Shown here: positions 29,820-39,936 of the stretch, piece after piece
How positions within the stretch are numbered: position 1 is the stretch's first letter
Layout: the number at the start of each line of letters is the position of its first letter
Assembly (NCBI GenBank): GCA_051251855.1
Contig: JBPOGI010000006.1
Location: 1 to 64,000 of the forward strand
DNA length: 64,000 nt
Origin: Roseibacillus sp.
GTDB taxonomy: Bacteria > Verrucomicrobiota > Verrucomicrobiia > Verrucomicrobiales > Akkermansiaceae
Direction of reading: 5' to 3'
Notes under the pieces: generated by a model
The model's input: the letters and a program-made list of their open reading frames with translations, nothing else
Told to the model about the DNA's origin: nothing
The model's database searches: none
Program-made: the position numbers and the translations under genes

Positions 29820-31799
29820 ATGCAGGAGCCTTTTCATGTAATTGTATCGACCATGCGGTCGGGAAGCTCTCTTTGTGGGCATCTTTTGGCTGAGGCGGGT
29901 TGGATATGGTATGCGGGGGAGACGCATACTGATTTGAAGGGAGAGGAGGAAATCGAGGAGGCGATCCTGAAGATTCGAGCACAAGGGAGCGGAAGTGACC
30001 CGACGGCTCCGCCTTGTGATAAAGTTTTGGGGCATCGACATTTGCCAAAGGATGGTGAGTTCATAAGTAAGCGAGCATCGAAGATTTATTTGCTCTTGCG
30101 ACATCCGCTCGCGATTTGGCGATCGCAAAAGGAGACGGGGTGGACGTTCTGCAGTCTCAAGGCTTTGGCGGATCAGTTGTCTCTCATGCGCCGACTGGTT
30201 GAGACGGTGGGGCCAGAGCGATTGGTGGTGATGAGTTATTATGAGCTGACTCAGAAAGATGCGCGAAAACACCTGCTAGAGAAGTCTGTTGACGAATACG
30301 CTCTCAATTCGAGGAGTGGCAAAGCAGGCTGGGGAGATGTGGGAGCTCTCATTCAAAGCGGAACCATTCGCGAATGGACGTTGGAGCAAGACCTTGAGCG
30401 AGCGTTGTTAGAAATTTGGATGGATCAAATCGATGTGGATTTTTTGCGGGCGATGGCTGAGTATAGAAAGATTCTGAAGTTGGTGGGTCGAGAAGAACTT
30501 GATGTCGAGTGGGCAGAGCATGAGTTTTTTACGGCAAGGGAACTTCAGATTGGCAGAAAGCCTAACGAGGCTGGAGTTGCGGTCGTTTCGGTGGCGGAGC
30601 TGAAAGGCCTCCGCGCTCTGCCAGACCGAAAGAGAGCCTTTGAGCGGATTCGCTCAGAGGAGTTGGTCCATCGTTGCAAGCCGGAGGAACTCCTTTCGCT
30701 GCTTGAGGGCTTCAAGGGGTCTTTGAAACATGAAGGGAAGATTCGGCTCTCGACCATCGACCTTGATTTTGTTTCTCGCCTTTCGGCGGGAGAAGAGCCC
30801 GAATACGAGCGCTGGTATCGAGCGACATTTTTGCCAGTTGGGGGGGAGAGATGTTCTTCGGCAGTGGTGGCGAGTCATCTCACGCGGAGTTGGGGTCATC
30901 GCTTTTTATACAATCGAGAGACCTTGCAACGGCTTTTGGAACAGGCGGGATTGAAGGAGGTAGCCGAGGTTCTTCCTAAAGTAGAAGAGAGGGAAAGGAT
31001 GCCGCGTGGATTCTATGAGAAGGAGAGATTTGTTTTCGAAGCGAGATGGATTTCTGATGAGAAGTCTTTCGCAAAGGAATCTGTCGGGGGCGTCTTGTTA
31101 GAAGAGGAGCTCCTTGCTTCTGATGAGTGTTCTCGCTTGGAAAATTTTCGCACCCTGTTGTTTACAAATTCGGATCCTCGCTACTTGGAGCTCCAAGAAA
31201 ACCTGCTCGCGTCGATGCAGCGGGTGGGGTTTCCGATGGAGACGGTGAGGGTGGAGGGAGTGGAGGGCAGCTACGGGATCTATGGAAGTGAGGAGTTCAA
31301 TGAAACCGTTTTCAAGAAGTTGGACTTGGTCTGGTCATTGATGAAAGAAGGTTATTCAGTGCTTTTTGTTGATGTGGATATTGTCTTTTTGAAGAACCCT
31401 CTGCCGAAGCTGTTCCGCCTTCTCGGAACGGGGGTCGATGCGGTTTTTCAAAGTGCGGGTCAGCATCCGGTAAGCAAAGTAAATACGGGCTTCTTCTTGG
31501 TGAGGCCAACACCGGAGTCCTTGTCTTTGTTCGAGGTGGGGAATTGGAAGCCGAAGGATCAGAATCTCAATGAGATTCACGATCAGCAATACATCAATCA
31601 GAAGTTGAAGAGCTCAGAGTGGCTTGATTTCTCCTACACCACGCTACCGCTTGGTCAATTCCCGACGGGGAACCATTGGTTTTCAGGGAAGGCCGACGAG
31701 GAACCTGTTATGGTTCACTATAATTATCTCAAAGGAGTGATTCCAAAAATTAAGAAGATGAAGGACTTTGGTCACTGGTATTTGGGTCTGAGAAGATGA
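29820..31799 (+). CDS. Fusion of sulfotransferase-like, methyltransferase-like and nucleotide-diphospho-sugar transferase domains
   Basis: STMRSGSS (PAPS loop) with LLRHPL; LK.EGKIRLST.DL and WGHRFLY; FVDVDIVF..NP, NTGFF, HDQ, HYNY. Confidence 0.7.
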   Translation: MQEPFHVIVSTMRSGSSLCGHLLAEAGWIWYAGETHTDLKGEEEIEEAILKIRAQGSGSDPTAPPCDKVLGHRHLPKDGEFISKRASKIYLLLRHPLAIWRSQKETGWTFCSLKALADQLSLMRRLVETVGPERLVVMSYYELTQKDARKHLLEKSVDEYALNSRSGKAGWGDVGALIQSGTIREWTLEQDLERALLEIWMDQIDVDFLRAMAEYRKILKLVGREELDVEWAEHEFFTARELQIGRKPNEAGVAVVSVAELKGLRALPDRKRAFERIRSEELVHRCKPEELLSLLEGFKGSLKHEGKIRLSTIDLDFVSRLSAGEEPEYERWYRATFLPVGGERCSSAVVASHLTRSWGHRFLYNRETLQRLLEQAGLKEVAEVLPKVEERERMPRGFYEKERFVFEARWISDEKSFAKESVGGVLLEEELLASDECSRLENFRTLLFTNSDPRYLELQENLLASMQRVGFPMETVRVEGVEGSYGIYGSEEFNETVFKKLDLVWSLMKEGYSVLFVDVDIVFLKNPLPKLFRLLGTGVDAVFQSAGQHPVSKVNTGFFLVRPTPESLSLFEVGNWKPKDQNLNEIHDQQYINQKLKSSEWLDFSYTTLPLGQFPTGNHWFSGKADEEPVMVHYNYLKGVIPKIKKMKDFGHWYLGLRR

Positions 31800-31839
31800 G
31801 ATGCGCGAAAGGCGGGCTTCAGAATCGTTGTAGTATTAA

Positions 31840-32781
31840 ATGAGAATGTTTATCGCAGAGAAATGGATCGTATTAGGAGCTCTCTGTTGTTTGAGTGCTG
31901 CCTACGGAGAGGTGCTTCTGAAGCCCGAGGGTAAGGAGGTCTCGGTTCTTCATAATGATGAGTTGGTCGCGGTCTATCGAGGTGGGGCACGACTGCCCTG
32001 TATCTATCCCTTAATTGGCCCGACGGGGAGCAATGTTACGCGGCACTTTCCATTGAGAAAAGGGGTCGAGGGAGAAGCGACCGATCACCCTCACCATGTT
32101 TCGTTTTGGATGGCGCATGGCAGTGTGAACGGTCATGACTTTTGGCATGGCAAGGGGACTCGTATTGAGCATCGCAAGGTGGTGAGTCATGAGGTAAGTC
32201 CTGATGGCAGCGAAGCTCTTCTAACGGTCTCGCTGGCGTGGATAGCTGGGGAGAAGAAGGTCTTGTTAGAGGAGCGAAGTTATCGTTTCGATTTTTCCAA
32301 AGACGGAGAGACGACGGTGGATACCACTTCGGTGCTGCGCGCTGTGAAAGAGGAGGTTGTCTTTGGGGATACGAAGGAAGGGACCTTCGCGATTCGTCTC
32401 ACGCCGACTTTACGACTCAAGGGGGAGGTTGCTGCGGGGCAAATTTTGGATTCGGCGGGTAGGACTAATGCGGGCTGCTGGGGGAAGCGTTCCAAGTGGG
32501 TGGCCTATCATGGTCCCGATGCGAAGGGGAATCAGATGGTGGTGACGCTGATGGACCATCGCGAGAACCTGCGACATCCCACGTGGTGGCACGCTCGGGA
32601 CTATGGATTGTTAGCGGCTAATCCTTTCGGGCAACACGACTTTGAGGGGAAGAAGGACCAACCGAAGCTGGGCGACTTTACTTTGAAAATGGATCAGATT
32701 CTGACTCAGCGCTATCGCCTTGTGCTGCAGGCAGGTGAAGTTGATGGGGAGCGCTTGGAATCAATTTGGAAAGGGTGGTAA
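31840..32781 (+). CDS. Secreted DUF6807/'PmoA'-family (PF14100-like) protein
   Basis: DHPHH.S.W, FGDTKEG, WHARDYGL.AANPFG. Confidence 0.8.
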   Translation: MRMFIAEKWIVLGALCCLSAAYGEVLLKPEGKEVSVLHNDELVAVYRGGARLPCIYPLIGPTGSNVTRHFPLRKGVEGEATDHPHHVSFWMAHGSVNGHDFWHGKGTRIEHRKVVSHEVSPDGSEALLTVSLAWIAGEKKVLLEERSYRFDFSKDGETTVDTTSVLRAVKEEVVFGDTKEGTFAIRLTPTLRLKGEVAAGQILDSAGRTNAGCWGKRSKWVAYHGPDAKGNQMVVTLMDHRENLRHPTWWHARDYGLLAANPFGQHDFEGKKDQPKLGDFTLKMDQILTQRYRLVLQAGEVDGERLESIWKGW

Positions 32782-32825
32782 GTCCGTTTCGGTTGATGGG
32801 TCTCGAAGAGGAGGGAGTGGTTATG

Positions 32826-33287
32826 TTAGAAGAATTTCACTTTCAGGTAAAAACCTATCCAAAGAAGTAAGGGCGCATTCCACAGGAGATTTAAGGTCAA
32901 CCATTTTCCATTGCTGAGAAATCGTTTCTCTTCGGCAATTTTTAGATTTTCACCGTTGAAGGAAAAGTCTCTCAGGTCGTCATTGAAGTAGATTCGAAAC
33001 GTTTTTCCTAAGGCTATTTTGGTCGATTTTCCACAAAGATGCTTGGAAGAAGTGCCCAGAGATTTTTCTCCATCGATGAGCCCTTTAATCTTCCACTTAG
33101 GTCTGTCTCGTTTTCCTCTCCCCTTTTGAAAGTAGCAGTCGGTGACAACAAGCTCAGCTTTCTTAAACCCCTGGGAGTTCGCCTGATGAATAGCACGCGG
33201 AACCCATTCGCCAATCCCGAGCAGAAAGCAGGCGAAGCTGATTGCGAAAGAGATGCGGCCAAAGAGAGCTGAAAAAATGAACCCCAC
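32826..33287 (-). CDS. Hypothetical membrane protein
   Basis: 153 aa with N- and C-terminal hydrophobic helices; follows yebC closely on the same strand. Confidence 0.5.
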   Translation of the reverse strand: MGFIFSALFGRISFAISFACFLLGIGEWVPRAIHQANSQGFKKAELVVTDCYFQKGRGKRDRPKWKIKGLIDGEKSLGTSSKHLCGKSTKIALGKTFRIYFNDDLRDFSFNGENLKIAEEKRFLSNGKWLTLNLLWNAPLLLWIGFYLKVKFF

Positions 33288-33289
33288 TC

Positions 33290-33997
33290 TTAGGCAATGT
33301 TCGTGTAGACGGCTTGCACGTCTTCGTCGTCGTCGAGCTTGTCGATGAGGACTTCAGCTTCTTCGATTTGTTCGTCGGTGAACTCAATGGGAGTAGAGGG
33401 AATACGTTGGAGGCCTCCTTTGGTGGTTTCGATGCCGAGCTCTTCAATCTTTTTGGCGAGGGAGCCGAAAGCTTCGAATTCACCGTAGACAAAGACCGTG
33501 TCTTCGATCACCTCCATCTCTTCCAGACCAGCGTCGATGAGCTCGAGTTCGATTTCCTCCAGCTCGTGATCGCCTTTGGGGAATTGGAAGACGGCCTTGC
33601 GATTGAACATGAAACCGAGGGCACCCGACTCGAGGAGTTGGCCATCGTTCTTGTTGAAAATCATGCGCACGTTGGAAAAGGTGCGGGTGTTATTGTCGGT
33701 GGCACATTCGACCCAAATGAGGACGCCGTGGGGGCCCTTGCCCTCGTAGTTGACTTCTTGGAAGTCTGCTGCGTCTTTGCCTTCAGCGCGCTCGATGGCC
33801 TTCTTGACATTGTCTTTGGGCATGTTCTCCGCCTTGGCAGTGGCAATGGCCGAACGGAGCGCAGGATTGGAGTCGGGGTCAGGTCCGCCCGCTTTTGCTG
33901 CCATCGTGATGGTCCGCCCCAGCTTGGGAAAAAGTTTCGACATCTTGTCCCAACGCGCTTCCTTGGAAGCCCTCCGATATTCAAATGCTCTGCCCAT
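33290..33997 (-). CDS. yebC: YebC/PmpR-family protein
   Basis: [44 protein letters not shown]. Confidence 0.95.
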   Translation of the reverse strand: MGRAFEYRRASKEARWDKMSKLFPKLGRTITMAAKAGGPDPDSNPALRSAIATAKAENMPKDNVKKAIERAEGKDAADFQEVNYEGKGPHGVLIWVECATDNNTRTFSNVRMIFNKNDGQLLESGALGFMFNRKAVFQFPKGDHELEEIELELIDAGLEEMEVIEDTVFVYGEFEAFGSLAKKIEELGIETTKGGLQRIPSTPIEFTDEQIEEAEVLIDKLDDDEDVQAVYTNIA

Positions 33998-34046
33998 GTG
34001 CAGCGCAGTAAACACAAAGGGGGCCCCTTGCTCAACCCTAGCGATA

Positions 34047-35054
34047 CTAGCAACAGGCAAAAAAGTCGTTCCCTTCGTGATAGCCGGCTTTTTGGGCAAT
34101 AATCCGCACACGTTCGCGACCACCTCGGCCTACGCAACCGAGAAGGAGGGCTTCGCGTTCGCGCATCCCGAGTTCGTCCGGGCTCCAAACGGGAAGGCCC
34201 AAGACGGTGTTGCCGATTTTCTTGGGGGAGATGTCGAAGAACCCTTTGATGGCAACGTTTTCTGCGATGAGGAGCTTGGCCAAGCGTCTCCCGATGGGGC
34301 CGCTTCCAGCTATCACGATACCTTGCTCCTTCGCTTGTCTGAGCCGAGCCAAGTATCGGGCCTTCGTCGCGTTCATGCGCTTCTCAGAATAGTCGTCGTG
34401 GCTGCGGGTGAGTCGGGTAGAGGAGTCGCGCCATTGGAGGAGTGCTCGGGGGGCTTGGAAGAAGCGGGCGCCATTTTCCAGCATTCTCAACCAGAGATCA
34501 TAGTCTTCGGGGCCGTCCTCGATGCGATAGCCTCCCGCTTGGAGGTAGACTTCCTTGGTCATCAAAACCCCCGGTTGAATGACCGGAGATTCCACAAACC
34601 GTTCATTCTGAAAGTCTGGCGGTCGATGTAATGAGTTGGCCCAATGCACGAAGCGGTCGAGCCCATCACCCAGGGAAGTGATCGGAGTCACGCGGCAAGT
34701 CACCAAGTCGGCGTGTTCTTGCTGTAAAGTCTCGAGCTGGCAAGAGAGACGTTGCGGATGCGAGATATCATCGGCATCCATGCGGGCGATCAAGGGGGAG
34801 AGAGCGGCCTCACAGCCCAACTTGGCAGCTTCTGCTACCCCGCCTGCTGGGGAGGAGCTAAGAAGACGGATGCGGACATCTTGAGACGCGAGGGTTTGGG
34901 CAATGCTCTCGGTTCCGTCGGAACAGCCATTAAGAATCAGTAAAATTTCCTGGGGAGGGAGGGTTTGCCGAAGCATCGATTGCACGGAAGCCTGCAGGGT
35001 TTTGTCGGCATCGCGGACTGCGATCACTACTGATATTGGTGAATTTGCTATCAT
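34047..35054 (-). CDS. Family 2 glycosyltransferase
   Basis: [20 protein letters not shown]. Confidence 0.9.
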   Translation of the reverse strand: MIANSPISVVIAVRDADKTLQASVQSMLRQTLPPQEILLILNGCSDGTESIAQTLASQDVRIRLLSSSPAGGVAEAAKLGCEAALSPLIARMDADDISHPQRLSCQLETLQQEHADLVTCRVTPITSLGDGLDRFVHWANSLHRPPDFQNERFVESPVIQPGVLMTKEVYLQAGGYRIEDGPEDYDLWLRMLENGARFFQAPRALLQWRDSSTRLTRSHDDYSEKRMNATKARYLARLRQAKEQGIVIAGSGPIGRRLAKLLIAENVAIKGFFDISPKKIGNTVLGLPVWSPDELGMREREALLLGCVGRGGRERVRIIAQKAGYHEGNDFFACC

Positions 35055-35236
35055 TCCCCGAGGCTCAAAGCCGTTGCGCTGCCTGTTTTGTCGCAGAGGA
35101 TTCGAAAGGGACGGCAGCAGACTTCGCAGTCATAGTCGAACTCGCAGGGGCATTCCGAGGGGGGCGGAATGACGATTTCGAAGTTTTCCCAGCAGGCAGG
35201 ACATTGGATGAAGTCGGTATTGATCTTGCTGAGCAT
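35051..35236 (-). CDS. CPXCG-type cysteine-rich small protein
   Basis: CPACW and DCEVCCRP; ATGA overlap with the GT2 gene. Confidence 0.85.
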   Translation of the reverse strand: MLSKINTDFIQCPACWENFEIVIPPPSECPCEFDYDCEVCCRPFRILCDKTGSATALSLGE

Positions 35237-35368
35237 GAGTGGTAGTTGGCCCTTGATCGAGCCAGAATAGCTTGAAAAATGTGGCTAATGCGCTTCAGTG
35301 GTTGTCTAATAGTGCGATGCGCATCCGTTGGGACAACTTCCGGAGCAAAACAACCACGAACTGAAATT

Positions 35369-35947
35369 ATGAAAAAAATTGGATATTTGACTGCAGCAGT
35401 AGCAACTGGATTGGTTTTCTCTTCTTGTAAGGAAGCCGCAGAAGTCGTTGAAGGAGCAGGAGATGCTGCCGAAAAAGCCGCTGATGCGACCGCAGGTGCG
35501 ATTGAGAAAACAGGCGAAAAGGCTGCAGAAGCAGGTGACGCCGTGAAGGGTGCTGGAGCGAAAGTTGCTGAAGGAGCCGGGAAAGCTGCTGAGAGCGTGA
35601 AAGATGCTACCGGAAACGTCGTCGAAGGAGCTGCTGAAGCAACTGGAAACGCAGTTGAGGGAGCAGGAAACGTTGTCGAAGGAGCTGCCGAAGCTACAGG
35701 AAATGCTGTTGAAGGAGCTGCTGAGGCTACCGGAAACGCTGTTGGTGGCATGAAAGACGCCGCAGCTGAAGCAGTTGAAAACACGAAAGAAGCAGCCGCT
35801 GGAGCCGCTGACGGTGTTAAAGAAGCTGCTGGAGACGCCGTTGAAAACGTAAAAGAAGCCGCTGGCGACGCTGTTGAAGGCACTGCTGATAAGGCTGCTG
35901 AAGCCCTCAAAAAGGCTGGCGAAGGTGTCGACAAAGTCGGCGAGTAA
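35369..35947 (+). CDS. Ala/Gly/Glu-rich repeat lipoprotein (LEA-like 11-mers)
   Basis: Lipobox FSSC; repeats of ATGNAVEGAAE; terminator downstream. Confidence 0.8.
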   Translation: MKKIGYLTAAVATGLVFSSCKEAAEVVEGAGDAAEKAADATAGAIEKTGEKAAEAGDAVKGAGAKVAEGAGKAAESVKDATGNVVEGAAEATGNAVEGAGNVVEGAAEATGNAVEGAAEATGNAVGGMKDAAAEAVENTKEAAAGAADGVKEAAGDAVENVKEAAGDAVEGTADKAAEALKKAGEGVDKVGE

Positions 35948-35971
35948 TCGCTTATTTTACTTAGAATTTTG

Positions 35972-36003
35972 AAAGCCTCTCTTCTAGCGAAGGGAGGCTT
36001 TTT
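35972..36003 (+). terminator. Intrinsic terminator
   Basis: AAAGCCTCTCTTC-TAGC-GAAGGGAGGCTTTTT. Confidence 0.8.
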
Positions 36004-36086
36004 CTTTTTGTTCAAATTATGACAAAAGGTTCTTGTTCCAAGGATGAAAAATGGGTAATCTCACGGCGTTCACTTCTTACCCTTTT

Positions 36087-36581
36087 ATGAAGCTTAAAAC
36101 TTTTTCTCTAGCTGCTCTTTTTGCCGGAATCAATTCGGTTAGCGCTTTTTCCTTGGATTTTACAGGCCTAGACCTGGATGGCAGCACAACCTTGAGCGGT
36201 GCGGATGGCGATCAGCTCGTGATTACCGTTCCCGCTTTTGGCGACGTGGCTTTTGGAGTCGCTCAGAAAGACGCTGTTGCGGTTGTTGACGACAACAACG
36301 GTGTGGCCGCGATTGAGTTCGATTCTACCAAGACAATCACGATCGATTTCTTCTCTGGCAGTGATGTCGAGAATGTCGTGGTTGGATTCGTTGGTGTCGA
36401 TGCAGGAGAAACTCCTTCCTACACTGAAGTAGACAGCCGCTCTGGGCTTGTGACTATCCCAGTTGGCGCTGCTGGTATCCAGACCGTCACTTTCGACCGT
36501 ATTGGACCAAAGGTTCCCGAGCCTTCGACTGCTATCTTGGGCTGCTTGGGAGCGATTGCGCTTCTTCGCCGCCGCCGATAG
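36087..36581 (+). CDS. PEP-CTERM protein
   Basis: Signal peptide; C-terminal VPEPSTAILGCLGAIALLRRRR. Confidence 0.93.
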   Translation: MKLKTFSLAALFAGINSVSAFSLDFTGLDLDGSTTLSGADGDQLVITVPAFGDVAFGVAQKDAVAVVDDNNGVAAIEFDSTKTITIDFFSGSDVENVVVGFVGVDAGETPSYTEVDSRSGLVTIPVGAAGIQTVTFDRIGPKVPEPSTAILGCLGAIALLRRRR

Positions 36582-36614
36582 AAGGTTCTTCCTTCTATAC
36601 ACTTAATTTTTCTT

Positions 36615-36643
36615 GAGAGCTCTCCATCGTGGCGAGCTTTTTT
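36615..36643 (+). terminator. Intrinsic terminator
   Basis: GAGAGCTC...GAGCTTTTTT hairpin after the PEP-CTERM gene. Confidence 0.65.
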
Positions 36644-36789
36644 GTGTCTGAATGGGAACTGTTCACCGTTCGCCAAGAAATTTCCTCGTTATTTGAGCGC
36701 GCCTATTTGAGCCGCCCCGCCAGCGAAGATACTCCTACCTTGGAGGGTATAGGAAATGCCTTGATTGATTTGGACCTCTCAAGCCCAAT

Positions 36790-37254
36790 TCATCCTAGAC
36801 CATGAGGAGCGATTTTGTGGATTTGATTGAGTCCGTTCTTTACGAAATCTTCCCAGTAGGTCTTTTGAAGGGGAGCTATAAGCTCGATTTTCTTCTCTTC
36901 TGCTAAACTCAAATAGGAATTCTCCCCAAGTTTACGAACGACATCTCTCTCGGCGAGGCGATAGGAAAGTTCGTCCCAAAAGACCTCGTTTCGCATCTCG
37001 TCAATGCAGTCTTGAACGTAGGACTCGGCCTGGTAGCCAGCGGTTACGCGGTGCTTGCCCGTTTCGGCATCAATTTCGATAATATCGCCGTAGCCTTGCG
37101 CTTTCGCTCGCTCAAGAATCTTGTCTTCCAGATTGGCAAAGGAGGCCTGCTGGTCTTCGGAGCCGGGTTTCTGATTAATGGACGCGACTTCGCCGGCTAG
37201 GCTGACCATGTCGATCAGGGTGGCGAAATCGTCTTCGGTAAGGCGCAGATGCAT
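36790..37254 (-). CDS. Hypothetical protein
   Basis: 154 aa acidic helical ORF with FWDEL..RLAERD. Confidence 0.7.
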   Translation of the reverse strand: MHLRLTEDDFATLIDMVSLAGEVASINQKPGSEDQQASFANLEDKILERAKAQGYGDIIEIDAETGKHRVTAGYQAESYVQDCIDEMRNEVFWDELSYRLAERDVVRKLGENSYLSLAEEKKIELIAPLQKTYWEDFVKNGLNQIHKIAPHGLG

Positions 37255-37320
37255 CTAGGAAAAATATGGGTGAGGAATTCTAAAATATGAATTACGAATT
37301 CTTTGTTTTATAAGTCGGTC

Positions 37321-37665
37321 GTGAAACTACTCAGCTGTCTTTTGGTCTTCTTTGTTTTTGTCTCTTGTGCCAGTGAAGAGAAATATGCCGATCAGCCCAT
37401 CGCCCCATGGACTTATCCCATCTCGAACTACCGCGTTATCAAGACGCTAGCGAGTCGGGTAGGGGATCAGAAGTTGGCTCGCTTAGTGGGTTGGGACGAG
37501 GGATATTATTATTTCGATTGGTCACACGCTGGCGAGGTGATCAGTCGAGGAACGGGTCGAGTCGATAGAGAGCAATTTGATATGGAAAACCAAGGGGCAT
37601 TGACGCTCACAAAAGGACAAATAACAGAGCGCGGAGGAAAGGTGCGCACTCTTATTCTTGAGTAA
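37321..37665 (+). CDS. Hypothetical lipoprotein
   Basis: GTG start; MKLLSCLLVFFVFVSC lipobox-like signal. Confidence 0.6.
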   Translation: MKLLSCLLVFFVFVSCASEEKYADQPIAPWTYPISNYRVIKTLASRVGDQKLARLVGWDEGYYYFDWSHAGEVISRGTGRVDREQFDMENQGALTLTKGQITERGGKVRTLILE

Positions 37666-37764
37666 AAGTCACTAATACCCCGATCTGTAAAAAACCCTCT
37701 TGCGCGTTTGGTCTGCCTCCGCTTTGGTGATGGCGAATTGGAATAAAGAAACTATTTTATCATC

Positions 37765-38895
37765 ATGTCAGATTACGCGAGAGGACTAGAGGGAGTAGTA
37801 GCGAATGAATCCGCGCTATCGAATGTGGAAGGTAAAGATGGGCGCTTGTCCTACTTGGGTTATTCAATTGATGAATTAGTAGAGCACACCTCTTTTGAGG
37901 AAGTGACGCACCTTCTCCATCGTGGCAAGTTGCCAAATGCCGCTGAGTTGGCTGAGTTAGAGCAGCAACTCCGCAATGATCGTGAGCTGCCACAAGGCGT
38001 CATCGATTTCTTGAAGTCCGCGCCCAAGGACGCGAATCCAATGGATGTTCTCAGAACGGCTGTCTCAATGCTTGGTCTCTATGATAAGCGGGCCAAAGTC
38101 GGTGAGCCGGATCACGCCGCTAATCGTGCCGTTGCGCTTTCGCTTGTCGCCAAGACTCCAACTATCGTTGCCTACTTCCATCGTGCGCGCCAAGGTCTCG
38201 ATTTGCCGCCCGTGCGTAATGACCTTTCGGAGTCAGCCCACTTTCTCTACCTTATTAATGGCGAAGAGCCTGGAGCCGCAGCCGTGAAGACTTTGGATGT
38301 GGCTTACATCCTCCATGCCGACCATGGCATGAACGCGTCGACCTTCTCTGCTCGAGTCACCATTGCAACCCTCTCTGATTTCTATTCAGCGATGACTTCT
38401 GCAATCGGCACTTTGAAGGGCCCCTTGCATGGTGGCGCTAATGAGGGAGTGATCAAGATGTTGCAGGAGATTGGCTCTTTGGAGAATGTTGATGCCTTCG
38501 TCGAAGACTGTTTGGCGAATAAGAAGAAGATCATGGGAATTGGTCACCGAGTTTACAAGGTTCTCGATCCTCGGGCGCCTCATCTTCAGAAGATGGCGGT
38601 TCAATTGACTAAAGAGCTTGGTGAGTCGAAGTGGATCGACATGTCCGAGCGTATTGCGGAGATGATGCGTGAGCGCAAGGGCCTGAACGCTAACGTGGAT
38701 TTCTATTCGGCAACGGTTTATTACAGCCTCGGAATTCCTACTGATCTTTTCACTCCTATTTTCGCGATTTCACGTATGGCGGGATGGTCGGCTCAGGTTC
38801 TTGAGCAGCTGCAAGATAGTCGCCTCTATCGGCCATTGACCAAATATGTGGGACCAAGCACCTTAGTTCCTGTTCCTCCTATCGAAGAGCGGTAG
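37765..38895 (+). CDS. gltA: Citrate synthase (dimeric type; methylcitrate synthase not excluded)
   Basis: GLEGV, HADHGMNAST, GPLHGGAN, MGIGHRVYK..DPR, NVDFYS. Confidence 0.9.
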   Translation: MSDYARGLEGVVANESALSNVEGKDGRLSYLGYSIDELVEHTSFEEVTHLLHRGKLPNAAELAELEQQLRNDRELPQGVIDFLKSAPKDANPMDVLRTAVSMLGLYDKRAKVGEPDHAANRAVALSLVAKTPTIVAYFHRARQGLDLPPVRNDLSESAHFLYLINGEEPGAAAVKTLDVAYILHADHGMNASTFSARVTIATLSDFYSAMTSAIGTLKGPLHGGANEGVIKMLQEIGSLENVDAFVEDCLANKKKIMGIGHRVYKVLDPRAPHLQKMAVQLTKELGESKWIDMSERIAEMMRERKGLNANVDFYSATVYYSLGIPTDLFTPIFAISRMAGWSAQVLEQLQDSRLYRPLTKYVGPSTLVPVPPIEER

Positions 38896-38964
38896 AAAAG
38901 ATTCCTCTCATTATGAAACGCTCGGGTCTTGCACGATCGAGCGTGCGGCCGTATTTCCATTGCG

Positions 38965-39105
38965 ATGAAATTCTCAAAATTGATTGCACTCGCTCTTGGC
39001 GTTCTCTTCGCAGGAGCCTTGACCTCCTGCAACACCTTCCTCGGTGTTGGGCGTGACCTCCAGCAGGCCGGCGAAGGAATTGAGAAAACCGTTTATCGAC
39101 GATAA
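38965..39105 (+). CDS. Entericidin A/B-family lipoprotein (46 aa; not in ORF track)
   Basis: Hand translation MKFSKLIALALGVLFAGALTSCNTFLGVGRDLQQAGEGIEKTVYRR*; CNT..G.G.D....G..I signature. Confidence 0.88.
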   Translation: MKFSKLIALALGVLFAGALTSCNTFLGVGRDLQQAGEGIEKTVYRR

Positions 39106-39177
39106 AGTCGAGTTAACGGAAAACTGTTAGTGAACCGTTTGCCAAAGGGTTCTTGAGGAAAAGGACGTTTTTTTCGG

Positions 39178-39855
39178 CTATTGTCGAATGGGAATGGTCT
39201 TTGTCATTACCCCCTTACCCGTGGATTTGGGGAACATTAGCAAGAGACGGCGCCCTTTTTGAGGGACGGGCCAACGGGTGGCGATCATACGGCGCCATTC
39301 GTCTGTTGATTCTCGTTGGTATTGAAAGCCGACGTCGATCATTTCTCCGGCAGCGTCTTTGAAGACAAAACTTAGAATTTGGCTTGGTTTGAGTGAAACT
39401 TCCTTGCTGCCTATCCGCCCTTTTACAGAGAGAGGGGTGAGGTTCGCCAGGGCCATTGCTCCATCCGGTAGGTCTTTAAGGAGGAGAGAAAAGGCCTCTC
39501 CTTTAAACTTTCTCTGGTCGTCGTCTTCGAGGGTGGACAGGACGACATAAGCTTCTTTCCAACTGGGGTCGCATTTGATCTCCCCTATTGAGGAGTGAGA
39601 GAGCACGCCATTTTCATTCTTCTCAGCGGGACCAAAGATTTGGATGACCCCGTCAGTATTGAGCACGCTCACTGGGTGGGCTGCGGTGGTAGCGCTGAGC
39701 TCGACCTTCACGAAATTCGTGGAAGTATTCTGGAGGTAAATGGGAGAGAGGCTTGCCGTGGTTTGCAAGGCTAAGAGGTGAACATTCTGCTTGGAGCTCT
39801 TGGCTGATAGAGATGAGAGCGAAAAGGTAAAAAGGAGCAGAATCAGATGAGGCAT
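39178..39855 (-). CDS. Secreted hypothetical protein (paralog of 39937-40641)
   Basis: Signal peptide; shares IDV.FQY...W.RMI.TRWPVP..GRRLL..FP...GKG...KTIPIR with its neighbour. Confidence 0.75.
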   Translation of the reverse strand: MPHLILLLFTFSLSSLSAKSSKQNVHLLALQTTASLSPIYLQNTSTNFVKVELSATTAAHPVSVLNTDGVIQIFGPAEKNENGVLSHSSIGEIKCDPSWKEAYVVLSTLEDDDQRKFKGEAFSLLLKDLPDGAMALANLTPLSVKGRIGSKEVSLKPSQILSFVFKDAAGEMIDVGFQYQRESTDEWRRMIATRWPVPQKGRRLLLMFPKSTGKGVMTKTIPIRQ

Positions 39856-39936
39856 GATGAAGGGTAAGAAGTTTCCGAGGGCTCATCTTAATCTGCTAGA
39901 ACCGAGGAGAGCTCCCTCTCGGTTAAATATCTGTTC

